Below, piece by piece: positions 10,022 to 21,177 of a DNA stretch of 22,528 nt; positions within the stretch are counted from its first letter, which is position 1, and each line of letters begins with the position of its first letter. The notes beneath the pieces are model-generated. The model saw only the letters and a program-made list of their open reading frames with translations. It did not search any database and had not been told where the DNA came from. The stretch lies in assembly GCF_006345805.1 (NCBI RefSeq), contig NW_021836922.1:1-22528 (forward strand), written 5' to 3'. This stretch comes from Octopus sinensis. Taxonomy: Eukaryota. A program made the position numbers and the translations under genes.

Positions 10022-10325
10022 AAGGAAATGAAGAAAATGCTGACAAAATAATTTAAGTAATTTAAGTAATTTAATTAGGTGAAAGTTCTTTTACCGTTGC
10101 GCATTTGTTATGCTTATCAAAATTTTTTAAAGAGAGATAGAGTTCCTTTCTGATAGATTTTTTCCTCTTATCCAGATAAGAGGAAAAAATCTATCAGAAA
10201 GGAACTCTATCTCTCTTTAAAAATTTTTAATAAGCATAACAAATGCGCAACCGGTAAAAAGAACTTTCACCTAATAAATTACTTAAATTACTTAAATTAT
10301 TTGTCAGCATTTTCTTCATTTCCTT
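10022..10325. repeat. ~304-bp near-perfect palindrome (two ~151-bp arms, 2-nt centre at 10173-10174)
   Basis: aaggaaatgaagaaaatgctgac...cctcttatc-CA-gataagagg...gtcagcattttcttcatttcctt. The arms differ mainly by single-base indels in homopolymers. Confidence 0.95.
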
Positions 10326-10368
10326 ATATATATATATATATATGTACATACATACATACATACATACA

Positions 10369-10399
<31 letters not shown>

Positions 10400-10480
10400 G
10401 CATATATATGTATGTACATATATATATATATATTATATATATATATATAATATATATATTTACATACATATATATGCAGA

Positions 10481-10535
10481 TATGGGTAGAGGACGTCACA
10501 AGACGTATACATCATGAAATACGAAAAATGAAAAC
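10481..10535 (-). repeat. Truncated second copy of the terminus of the 9181-9905 element
   Basis: atatgggtagaggacgtcacaagacgtatacatcatgaaatacgaaa aligns with 9181-9230. Confidence 0.75.
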
Positions 10536-11036
10536 ATGCTTCGAAGCAGTTGTCCATTGATATCCTCTTTTCTTTGATTTTCAAAGAGATATCTATGTCT
10601 ACAGGGCAGCTAACCTCTATAATGGTACACACCTTTGCCCTAAACAGCATTATCCGGCTTGTTATGATAACATTTGACAGAAGTTTTGATGGGAATTTTC
10701 CACCAGTATTCCTTGTGTTGATGTTTATGAATGTATTCCATAATAAAGGGATTTTCTAAGTTTATTTCAGGACATTCTTTTTTGCGGATGGCATTGTAAA
10801 ATGTTTTAGCAACAACTTCGTGCCGCATAGGGAGGTAGTACCGTGACGACATTCTAGAATAGCTGCTAATCACATGCGTAATGTCTTCCTCAGAAACATG
10901 ACATAACCTATACATGCGGTTGCACCTTGGGATTACAAGAGCGTCACTGTAACTATGGTTCACCAGGTAATTTGTGGCAATCTCCTGTTCCTGGATCGCA
11001 AACACATAGCCTTCAAAAATGTGATGTGAAGTAGGT
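10536..11036 (-). pseudogene. R4/Dong-like non-LTR retrotransposon C-terminal remnant (CCHC knuckle + RLE)
   Basis: TYFTSHF(E)GYVFAIQEQEIATNY...YRLCHVSEEDITHVISSY...RHEVVAK...EYWWKIPIKTSVKCYHNKPD, then IIEVSCPVDIDISLKIKEK. This is a degenerate CxxC-x8-H-x4-C plus PD...E-x-x-K layout. Confidence 0.85.
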
Positions 11037-11796
11037 CATTCAACCATTCATCGACACCTGCGTGCCATTGGAAAAGTCATCAAATTGGGTCAATGGATTC
11101 CTCACAAACTTTCCCAGTCGAATAGCGCGCAGAGAGGGAATGTGTGCTCTTCTTTGCTGCCACGTCTCACGAATGAACCCTTTTTAGACCGGACTGGTGA
11201 CGAGAAATGGGTTCTCTATAAAAATGTCAAGAGCCGAAGACAGCGGGTAGGGAAAGGCGAAACACCGGCACCCTAGGCTATAGAAGGTCTTCACCCAGCT
11301 AAGGTGTTGTTATCTGTTTGGTGGAATATGACATGTTTACTCTGCTTCGAACTTTTAAAGCCAAACCAAACGATGACAAAGGAGATCTACTGCGAGCAAC
11401 TTGAGCGGCCTAAGTCAGCATTAAAAAAAACCCTGCCATCTTTCATTTCAAGACAAAAGGTGTTCTTCCATCAGGATAGTGCTCGGCTGCACAGCGAGGA
11501 TGACAATCCAAAGGCTGGAACAGTTTGGACGGGAAACGATGCCTCACCCACCATATTTGCCAGACATTGCCCCATCTGATTATCATTTATTCCGCATATA
11601 GACGAAAAAAATATGAATTCTGTAGACGAGGTCAGAAGAGAACTGGAGGAACAAGTGAATTTTGGAAGAGGGGCTTTGCAAGTCTACCACATAGATGGAA
11701 GAGCACTGTAGAAAACGAAAGAGAGTATATTTTAGATTAAAAAAAGAACTTTGTTTATCTAAATTTTGAAAAATAAAAGAAGTATAAAAAACCTAA
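11036..11796 (+). pseudogene. 5'-truncated mariner element (Mos1/Hsmar1-like motifs) with 3' end
   Basis: STIHRHLRAIGK...GQWIPHKL...TGDEKWVLY...HQDSARLH...HPPYLPDIAPSDYHLF. Stop at 11738-11740; ends ...aaacctaa followed by TA (11797-11798). Confidence 0.93.
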
Positions 11797-11798
11797 TA

Positions 11799-12999
11799 TG
11801 ACCGAATATTTAGAAGATATGCAAAAAATCATTATGGTATACAATATATTTCTCTTTCATTTTTTTCAGATTTGATACATGATGGCAACTCCTACAGTGA
11901 ATTTTGGTAAAAATGAAGCGCGGGCCGTTATGAAGTTCCTCTTTTTGTAAAGTAAACGGAACCGTAGAAATCCATGGCGAGATGAAGAAAGTCTTGAAGG
12001 ATAGCTGCCCATCTTACTCCACAGTGAAAATCTGGATGTCAAGGTTTTCGGACTGGTCATTTCCGGGTCACAGATGAATCCCAGTCAGGACGGCCGACTC
12101 CCTCGACTACAGATGACAAAGCCTACTCTGTGCGCGTCACGATTCTCGAGGACCGTCGGATTTTTAGCTAAAGTCATAGCTGAGACTGGGAATTTTTCGC
12201 GAAAGTGTTGGCCACATCATCCACAACATTCTAGATATGAGAAAGCTTTCCGCAAAATGGGTGCCGAAAGGTTCCAAAGCGCATCAGAGTGATAGCATCA
12301 AAGGTAATTTTGGACCTTTGCAGCGAGAGAGTCTGAATTCATGGCTCATTTAGTCACTATGGATGAAACTTGGCTTTACCATTATGATCCCCAGGCCAAG
12401 CAGCAATCAATGGAGAAGGCGCCACAGCAGTTCACCGCATCCCAAGAAGTTTCAGACGAAGAAGTAAGCTGGAAAGATTCTGGCTTCAGTGTTCTAGGAC
12501 AAAGACAGAGTACTCCTCATAAAATACCTGTCAAAGGGGTGCACCATCAACGCAGAATACTACATGTCTCCTGTTGGACGAATAGCATGAAGCTTTGAAG
12601 CAGAAACGCCGTGGAAGGCTGAGCTGTCGCGTCCCGTTTTTGCAGGACAATGCACCAGAACACACAACACATGGAACTCTACGGAAAATATACGACTTTG
12701 GCTTCGAATTGGTAGACCACCCACTTTACTCTCCTGACTTTCCTCCTGCGACTATCACCTCCACAACGGAAGAAACATCGCAAGGAACGATATTTCACTC
12801 CAATTAGGAAATGGTCGCTGCTACAAAGGTCTGACTAGTACCCCAACCTTCTCAGTTCTTTATACAGGGCATAGTAAAACCGAAGAACTGATGCAATAAG
12901 TGTGTGAATGTGAGAGGGAAATATGTTGAATAAAATCATAATTAACTGATCCTTCTGAATTTTTTTTACCCAAAGCCAGGGACTTTCAACTTCCCCACG
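11799..12999 (+). pseudogene. Near full-length degenerate mariner (irritans/Himar1-like motifs); ORF remnant 11879-12933
   Basis: MMATPTVNFGKNEARAVMKFLFL...SGRP...KLSAKWVPK...VTMDETWLYHYDP...LQDNAPEH...HPLYSPDF...YVE*, with multiple frameshifts. 3' TIR-like ccagggactttcaacttccccacg followed by TA (13000-13001); 5' TIR absent. Confidence 0.93.
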
Positions 13000-13717
13000 T
13001 AAGAGTACATTCTCACTTAAACGAATCCCCCTTTAAACATCTTGTCCTGCTTTATGGAAAATTTCCATTCTTGGTTCATCCATTTTAATCTTACAGCCAT
13101 TTATAAAGATTTTCTTCTTTTGTTATCAACCATTTGCATAATTTCTTGTGAAAGAATACATTTTAAAAAAATATTTTGCCAAAAATTATCAATGATGTAA
13201 GCGAAGTTAAATAGCTCCAATCAAGAATCGAAATCGACACTCAGATTACGGGTTAACTAGGCGCTCACCTTCTCATCACGGCAAAGCACTTAATTTTATT
13301 TTAAAACCATTTATAACCAATTTCTTCGTCTTCTTTTGTATCACTTACTGTGAAATAATTGCCCTTTACAGAAAAGAACATGAAATGGAACTAAAGATAA
13401 ATGAATAAATAAATGAATAGACGAAATTCCTAAATGTCTGTGAATATTGATATGGTCTAATGGTGGAATTACAGATATTGTCGAATACATTTCGCAAAGA
13501 AATGTCAACAATAAAACTACAGCAGATAATCAATAGGGAATGTAATCAAGCGGGATTATTCTAGTTCTCGTCTGTAAAATAACAATCCACTTGTGTTGGT
13601 GAACGCCATCGAATCGAAATGTCGTTCCGATTTTGGTGTTTTTTGGTTGGTGCAAGCTCACATAAACATTTTTGTATTGGATTCCTTGGAAGAGAACAAT
13701 CGGCTGTCATTACATTT

Positions 13718-13774
13718 TTTACTGGAGAAAGGTTGATATATCATAATACCCTCGTACTCGAAACCTGGTCTAAA
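13718..13774 (+). ncRNA. Decayed hammerhead-like motif
   Basis: ttta-CTGGAGA-(31 nt, partly self-complementary)-GAAA-CCTGG-TC-taaa. Stem I UUUA/UAAA is in register, stem III is quasi-palindromic ACC-U-GGU, triplet GUC. The core carries A6G and stem II closure is broken. Confidence 0.35.
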
Positions 13775-13929
13775 TACTAGCAACATAGTGGACTCAACGA
13801 AAGACACCCCCCGCAGTTGTTTGTATTAAACTAGGGGATTAATTCTATCATCATCGTTCAATTGATTGGACTCAACTCTCGGCATTCAGTGACAAGGTGG
13901 TGGTTTTAAAGAACAGATAAAATTCATCT

Positions 13930-14092
13930 TACGATTCTTATAAATTTCCGTCAACACCTTAAATCACAAGATTTGGGTTAATTCAAGGGTATAGTAGAAG
14001 ATATTTATTTGAGTAAGGCACACCATCAGGAGATCACACTCGAAATCTCGTGATTGCGAAGCAAAAATCTTAACCACATGGCAGCCATGTCC
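13930..14092 (-). mobile_element. Old, highly diverged 5' half of SINE family A
   Basis: Minus: ggacatggctgccatgtggttaag...tcttctactatac...tcttgtga...gttgacggaaattt aligns with the family A head and CORE-like segment. Confidence 0.7.
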
Positions 14093-14256
14093 ACTCATAA
14101 CACAATATAGAATATTCAGTTACTGTATGTGTTACTGTATATATATATATATATATATCAATGATTAAGGGTAAAATCAATTAATTATTAATTAATTTCA
14201 CCAAGTAGTGTTCAGTATGTAAGAGGACCATTCAAGGCGTATTCAAAATATTACGT

Positions 14257-14814
<558 letters not shown>

Positions 14815-15209
14815 AAGTGTAATATGTGACAATTATTCGGTAGCCATGACAAAACTCCGAGTTTCGGATGTCGGGGTGGAAATCCACGCTGCCATCTCTT
14901 AAGTTATCCGGTCATCGGAAAAAATGCTAGGCCGGATAACTGAACAGATGGCGGCGTGGATTTCCACCCCGACATCCGAAACTCGGAGTTTTATCATGGC
15001 TATCAAATAATTGTCACATATTACATTTACAGATAAATTCCTCTGTTTACATAATATCGAGGTCTCTTTCTTTCTTTTGTTGTCTTACCATTTCTATCAA
15101 TACACCATTTCTATCAATACACCGCTATTCTTCCCTTAGGGCTAATACAGCTTATTTTGGAAAATCGCCAGACATCGTTTGAGGACTCTGCCCCGCAGAA
15201 GAATTCAAT

Positions 15210-15329
15210 ATGGACGCCTACTACATCGATTATTCTATGAAAAGCATACCTATACCATCAAGGGAACTATACTCTAAGTAACGTTTGGAGAAAATTACAG
15301 ACCTTATTAAACGCATTAGATGAAAGCTT
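15210..15329 (+). pseudogene. N-terminal fragment of a Penelope-like element ORF
   Basis: MDAYYIDYSMKSIPIPSRELYSK*RLEKITDLIKRIR*KL resembles the YSxKNIPIPS...EK...IKRMRWKA N-terminal motif of invertebrate PLE proteins (recalled). Confidence 0.7.
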
Positions 15330-15373
15330 TGTTCCACAACATGGAAGAGGGATAGCATTTTTTCTGATGGCCA

Positions 15374-15434
15374 GATAACTGAAGAGATGGCGGCATGGAT
15401 TTCCACCCCGACATCCGAAACTCGGAGTTTTATC
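15374..15434 (+). ncRNA. Type I hammerhead ribozyme with intact core (repeat C)
   Basis: GAUAA-CUGAAGA-GAUG...CAUC(C)-GAAA-CUC G GAG-UU-UUAUC. Stem I is 5 bp in register, stem II is an extended hairpin with a 1-nt bulge, stem III is quasi-palindromic, triplet GUU (cleavage after 15429). Paralogues: 14935-14995 (+, CUGAACA) and 14846-14908 (-, CUUAAGA). Confidence 0.7.
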
Positions 15435-15536
15435 ATTGCTACCGAATAATTGTCACATATTACATTTACAGATAAATTCTTCTATTTACATAATATCGAG
15501 GTATCTTTCATTCTTTTGTTGTCTTACCATTTCTAT

Positions 15537-15574
<38 letters not shown>

Positions 15575-15637
15575 TATATATTGGCGATTTTTTTCCCTCT
15601 GTCTTCCCTTCTCTGGATCTTTCCTTCTCCTATGTTT

Positions 15638-15664
15638 CCGACGAAGAGCTCCGCTCGAAACGTT
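15638..15664 (+). ncRNA. Minimal hammerhead-like motif with core variant (CCGACGA) in a PLE-like cassette (~15565-15760) between (TA)n tracts
   Basis: CCGACGA-A-GAGC tcc GCTC-GAAA-CG-TT has the same architecture as 3426-3461. U4C change; stem I is only 1 bp in this copy. Confidence 0.5.
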
Positions 15665-15759
15665 ATTTTTATTCCCTTATTTCCTGAGCGTCCAATAATA
15701 CTATATTTGTTCCACGTCCACGCGTTGTTATGTTTTTTGTGTTTTCTTGTTTGGATTAG

Positions 15760-15819
<60 letters not shown>

Positions 15820-16282
15820 AACTGGTCAGACCATGTGGTTCCTCATAACATTTTTAGCTCTCCATTATTCAATACAATATTCTGCTGTAGCTCAAATTAA
15901 CATCTCAACTCGTAATTCACAACCATCGGCGGAAATATTCTGGATACCAACTGTGAAACGTGCACAAATAAGAGAATATGAAGACATTAGGAAATCAAGT
16001 GGTTATACGACAGAAAAAAGAAAGCAAAATTGTCTAACGTTAGTGGAAGCTGCGTGACAGGGTAATTATAAACATGGAAGAAATTTATCTCAATGAAGGT
16101 TTCACATGTTTGTCTTTGTCACGACTGTACCAAACTCTTAAAGCAAAATCGACCTTAGTATCTAAAACTTCAACAAATATAACTGATTTTCAGATAATAA
16201 TAACATTATGTAGCGTCTGTATTACAATAACGAAGCTTATTAAATACATCATGAATTGTATTGCATTTGTATGTGCTTTTGC

Positions 16283-16284
<2 letters not shown>

Positions 16285-16315
<31 letters not shown>

Positions 16316-16537
16316 AGTGTGTGTGTGTGTGGGCATGTGTGTGAGGTTTGTGCAAATGCGATGTGTGTGCACACATACATATGCCCATGAATCCGGATGC
16401 AGACTATCTCTGGTTTCTTCAATTTTACGATGTGCGTAGGTGAGTGTATTTGTGTGTATATCTCTCTATCTGTATGTATATTTATATACATACACACACA
16501 CACACACACATACATACATGCATACCTAAATACATAA

Positions 16538-16630
<93 letters not shown>
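16285..16630. repeat. (GT)n, (CA)n and (TA)n microsatellites
   Basis: Directly visible. Confidence 0.9.
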
Positions 16631-16632
<2 letters not shown>

Positions 16633-17147
16633 CAAAATAAGCAACAAGAATGACTCCGGTAATTTGGTACGATCGTTTCATACTACATCATTTTATTAAA
16701 TGTTGTAAGTATTACAACAGTTTTAAAATGCTGAGTACTCATCAGCCAATTATAGAGGTTTTCTATTAATACAAAAATTTTCATATCAAGTGGCAACATT
16801 ATAGAGAAGGGAGATATATAGACAAAGATGTGGATTTAAATTTTAAGAACATTTGAGGTAGTGGAGCCCATTAACTGGCTGACTAAGATTCGGTTGCTCC
16901 AGACTACTGTAAGATTCTGAGAGGGAAGAATAAGTGGGAAGAGACAATAAAGATTTTCTAATTATAGAAATGGGGTAAGGGGATTTCAGAGCTCCATATA
17001 AGGAATTTATGTAGAAGACATATATATATATATAATATATATATATATTATATATATATATATATATGCATTTGTATTTATACATACATAAAAATGCATT
17101 TGTTTCTATATGTGTGCGTGTGTATGTGTGTTTGTGCGTGCATGTAC

Positions 17148-17178
<31 letters not shown>

Positions 17179-17537
17179 TGTATGTATGTATGTATGTATG
17201 TATGTATGTATGTATGTACGTTTGTATGTATGTATGTTTGTATGTATGTATGTATGTATGTATGTATGTATGTATGTATGTATGTATGTATGTATGTATG
17301 TATGTATGTGTGTGTGTATGTATGTATGTATGTATGTATGTATGTATGTATGTATGTATGTACGTTTGTATGTATGTATGTTTGTATGTATGTATGTATG
17401 TATGTATGTATGTATGTATGTATGTATGTATGTATGTATGTATGCATGCATGTAGGTATGTATGTATGTATGTATGTATGTATGTATGTATGTATGTATG
17501 TATGTATGTACGTTTGTATGTATGTATGTATGTATAT
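17148..17537. repeat. ~390-bp (ATGT)n microsatellite with recurring variant TACGTTTG
   Basis: Directly visible; variant ACG at 17218, 17362 and 17510. Confidence 0.97.
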
Positions 17538-17735
17538 GCATGTTATGGAGGTGTACTTGCCAGGCAAGTGCTTTGATCTGTGGCCGTGTATTGAAACTAA
17601 GACGACAGCTGCATAGAAGATACATATTAACCATTCAGAAGCAGACAAAGCCCGCTAACTTAATTTATTTGGTGTCAAAATTTTGTCGCACCAACTACGA
17701 CCTGGCTATTGGTATGATTCCACTGCATTTAGTTT

Positions 17736-17962
17736 GCGCACTGGCAGAATCGTTAGCACGCCGGGCGAAATGCGTAGCCGTATTTCGTCTGCCGTTACGT
17801 TCTGGGTTCAAATTCCGCCGAGGTCGACTTTGCCTTTCTTCCTTTCAGGGTCGATAAATTAAGTACCAGTTACGTACTGAGGTAGATATAATCAACTTAA
17901 TCCGTTTGTCTGTCCTTATTTGCCCCCTCTATGTTTAGCCCCTTGTGGGTAATAAAGGAATA
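17736..17962 (+). mobile_element. Single full-length SINE family B copy
   Basis: Box A-like TGGCAGAATCG (17742-17752) and box B GGTTCAAATTC (17805-17815). The body matches the 184-bp unit at 7223-7780. Confidence 0.92.
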
Positions 17963-18739
17963 TATATATGGGTCCCTGTTATAATTTTATTTTATATAGG
18001 TCAGTCGTTCTGGTTGAAGGCTCGTGGTTGGTCAGTTAATTTGGTATTCGGCTGTATTTCCTGTACATTCTCTTCTGTCTTTCCGTCTCCTTTTCTTTGG
18101 CATTGAAAACGGTGAATCAAAAGATTAATGACCTCAAAGAAGTGAAGCTACAAATTGGAAGCTGTAATTGACGTCACAGCAGCTGAAGGAATAGTGGCGG
18201 TGATGATGGTCTTCGTAGTAACACTAGTGGCAGCAACAGTTGTAGTAGTAACGGTAGTTGTGAAAATAGCGGGATCTTTTCTATTCTGAAGCCAGGACCC
18301 CAGATCTTTCTAGTTAACTAAATAATTTGAAACTTCGTGTACTCATAGAGTGGAACTAGTTTATTCGCCAGTTGGAACTAGTTTATTTGAGAAAAATCTA
18401 TTTTATGACTTTAATCGTAGATTAAAACTGTGAATTTTAGCCAATCGTAATGTCTGTATTTATGTGAACTTATTATCTGCGTAGTCTTATCTGTGACGTG
18501 GAAAGCAATTGTTTACATTTTGACAAATTGCTTTATCGTAACGTACACAGTTTTTCAGTTCCCTAGAATTATATTTGAAACAAAATAAAACGAAAAAGAT
18601 TCATACGCATAAATATCCATCCTTAGACATCAGAAAGATTAGAAATGCAACAAAAATTTAAAATACCGGATTTTTACCTTTTGAACTTCGTGGAGTATAT
18701 ATAAAATTTGCGTAGATCCTGAGTACTTATATTTATTTT

Positions 18740-19030
18740 TATACACACACACATGTATACAAACATATGCATATATATATATATATACACCTATACACAC
18801 ATATTCTAATGCATATGCATATATGTGTATATATTTATAATGTGTGTGTATTATAGATGCATGAATTATATATATTTATAAAAGATGTTTACATACAATA
18901 TATATATATGTTATATACATCTATATGTATGTATGAATATATAAGTACCACAGAATTTGAATCAAACTGTTTTGATACATACATACATACACACACACAC
19001 ACATACATACATACATACATACACACATAC
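18740..19030. repeat. Degenerate TA/CATA/CA low-complexity tract
   Basis: Directly visible. Confidence 0.8.
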
Positions 19031-19273
19031 TAAAATTACATCGTTGGAGCAGTAATTTATTTATGTATTTTTTGTTATACAATTTATTTTTAAGCTGAAT
19101 CCCTATCCTGCCATTAACCCCTTTCTTATAAAATAGTTGAAGAATCTGGGGTGTAGGAATTGGGACAGTATTGGAACTTTTAACTTCTTGCTCTCTATCT
19201 TAAGATCTCCAAAATTTAAGAATCTTGTGTTAACTGGGCTCTTATTATTTACTCTGACTCTGCCACCACCTCA

Positions 19274-20370
19274 ATGCAAAGACTATCAATATCAGAATCA
19301 TCTTCACAACCACCACTACAACCATTACTACAACCTCCAATGCCACCACCACAACCCCAAGACCAGGGGTGGATCAATATAGTTGACATTATTTCCTCCT
19401 ATAAAATTTTTGGCTATGTACCTTTGTTAAAAATTCTTATTTGTATTAATATAAAGTGCGAGCAAGAGAACATCTGTAGGCTTTCCTAAACTGTTAATGT
19501 GAATGTAGATGATGTCTTTTTTCAACTTGTGTAAATTAATGTCTGATGAGAATGTGATTCCATGTAGAAGCTGCCATTCTTGAGATAAATGATTGGCTAA
19601 AATATTTAGTAAACGGGTTCTAGCTGTGAGACATGTTAAAGATGATGATGTGGGCTCAGTTTGATATAGTTTACAGCTTACTAATTCACAGGAATAGTAG
19701 TGGGTGTTAGGATTTTTTTCCCCATGTTTTATTTGAACAATTTGGCTGGATAAAGGGGGCTGTATCCTTGCCTTTTGCATTCCTTCTGAGACAAGAGCTA
19801 TGCCTTCAAAACTGGTAAGATTGACGTAGTTGATCTTGAATAAAATGTGTGGATGGCTGCAGAGGAAATAACATGGACAAGGGAATTTCAGAAGGATGAC
19901 AATCTGGTATGAAAGAATTTAATGCTTAGTTTGCAGGTGAATTACATGCTACGTGATCTTCGAGCCTTTTGCCGCCAGATGCTGTAACATGGTTTGTATC
20001 CAATATAGTAGTACCACCACTATTGCAATTATGGCCTGAAATATGTGGTACCAGTGTGATAAAATAAGATAATGCAGCAGCAATAACAACATAACTATCT
20101 CTTAAGAATGAACAAACCAACCCACACTCTCGAACTTCACTATGAAATAACACAAACTATATACACTCTCTCGGTTCAGTCCATTCCTCACAAGAGGGTA
20201 CCTTGGCTCTCATCACAACACTGAGAGTGTAAGAGGTTGGTAACTTTGTTCTGCCGACAAATTTCCATTTATTTATTCTTAAGCTTCTCTTACTGCTGGA
20301 AACCACCTTTGCCTGGTACTGGCATTTATGTGAACAATGTAGACAATTGACAAGTATCAAATGCCACAAT
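19274..20370 (+). pseudogene. Decayed ~1.1-kb protein-coding remnant, probably transposon-derived (possibly the N-terminal region of an RLE-type non-LTR element)
   Basis: Long protein-like frames with sparse stops and frameshifts: ...NLCKLMSDENVIPCRSCHS*DK*LAKIFSKRVLAVRHVKDDDVGSV*YSLQ...FFSPCLFEQFGWIKGAVSLPFAFLLRQELC...LSLQVNYMLRDLRA...PPDAVTWFVSNIVVPPLLQLWP...FVLPTNFHYLFLSFSYCWKPPLPG. The family assignment is recollection only. Confidence 0.55.
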
Positions 20371-20455
20371 ACATAAATTCCTTATTTATTAAAATTATTT
20401 TCAATTGTAGAAGTATCATAATTACTAAATGCTAATCGATTAGCATATTCAGGGC

Positions 20456-20925
20456 CATTTAGTCACCTACCAATCTGGTAGACACACTAGTCAAATTGAC
20501 TACATCCTCACTAGGAAACAGGAAAGACGACTACTTGTAAATGCCCAAACTTTCCCAGGGGAAGAATGTACCCCACAATATAGATTAGTAGTTAGCGACT
20601 TCAGGATCAGGGCTAAATGGATGCCCAGAAGACGACCAGAATGGAGGAGAAGGGTCTGGAAGCTTAAGGATCCTGCAAAAAGAGATTGAGAGACATATTA
20701 CTCAAAGCTGTGGAAGACAACTGGAGTTTCTACAGGACAACCTTTTGGGGGCTAGTGACCAGATCTGTGGATGGTGCAAAGTCTACTCTCAACCCAAGGT
20801 AACGTGGTGGTGAACAATGTTGTTGACAGGGCTAGTAAGGAAAAGAAACAGGCTTTGAAGGACTGGAAGACCGTTGATAGCAGGGAATTGTATCAGACTG
20901 CCAAAAGGGAAGCTAGAGATAGGTT
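20456..20925 (+). pseudogene. RTE-clade LINE remnant (APE endonuclease C-terminus and linker)
   Basis: HLVTYQSGRHTSQIDYILTRKQERRLLVNAQTFPGEECTPQYRLVVSDF...VWKLKD...ICGWCK...KVTWW*NNVVDRA...YQTAKREAR, containing the SQIDYIL catalytic motif. Confidence 0.9.
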
Positions 20926-20937
20926 TTACCAACAGAT

Positions 20938-21177
20938 GATGGATGCCTTAATTTCTGGTGCTGCTCCAGCTTAACTTTCTTCATGGAATAATTTGTCATG
21001 ATGGCATTATATTCAAGATACATAGGTTTTGAGTCTACAGATACAAAACCAAACATGATAAAATCTTCTTTGCATTTCTTCAGTTTTGCCTTTTTAGCAG
21101 TTGGTTCAGTGGGATGGGTGGGTTGGTGAGGTGTACAGCTGCCTTCAGAGACAACAGTAAAAAATCTCTGGTTTCAT
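20938..21177 (-). pseudogene. hAT (Buster/Charlie-type) transposase N-terminal BED zinc-finger fragment
   Basis: Minus: ...EPTAKKAKLKKCKEDFIMFGFVSVDSKPMYLEYNAIMTNYSMKKVKLEQHQKLRHPS, matching the KYxEDYxxFGF...PxCxxC...NxSMKPxKLxRHxxxxHP pattern. Confidence 0.8.

Noticed and set aside
13215-13290. Very degenerate tRNA-like SINE head on the minus strand
   Set aside because: Similarity is too weak to assign boundaries or family.
15900-16075. Faint resemblance to a Gypsy integrase C-terminus (GNQVVIRQKKESK...GSCVT)
   Set aside because: Too short and frameshifted to distinguish from chance without a search.
16401-16445. Perfect donor AG|GTGAGT at 16438-16445 implying a host exon
   Set aside because: No upstream polypyrimidine acceptor or recognisable peptide, and it borders a GT microsatellite.
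17970-18295. Thr/Ala-rich and basic minus-strand frames (TTTVAATSVTTKT...; FNAKEKETERQKRMYRKYS)
   Set aside because: Partly low-complexity, with stops and no ATG or splice support; possibly a repeat remnant but unassignable.
18169-18501. TGACGTCA (18169), AGCCAATCG (18439) and TGACGTGG (18494) as a promoter cluster
   Set aside because: Short motifs expected by chance, with no downstream gene or TSS evidence in the window.
19543-19549. Other CTGANGA matches (19543 +, ~21075 -, ~5728 -)
   Set aside because: They fall inside transposon coding remnants and lack the GAAA, stems and cleavage site.
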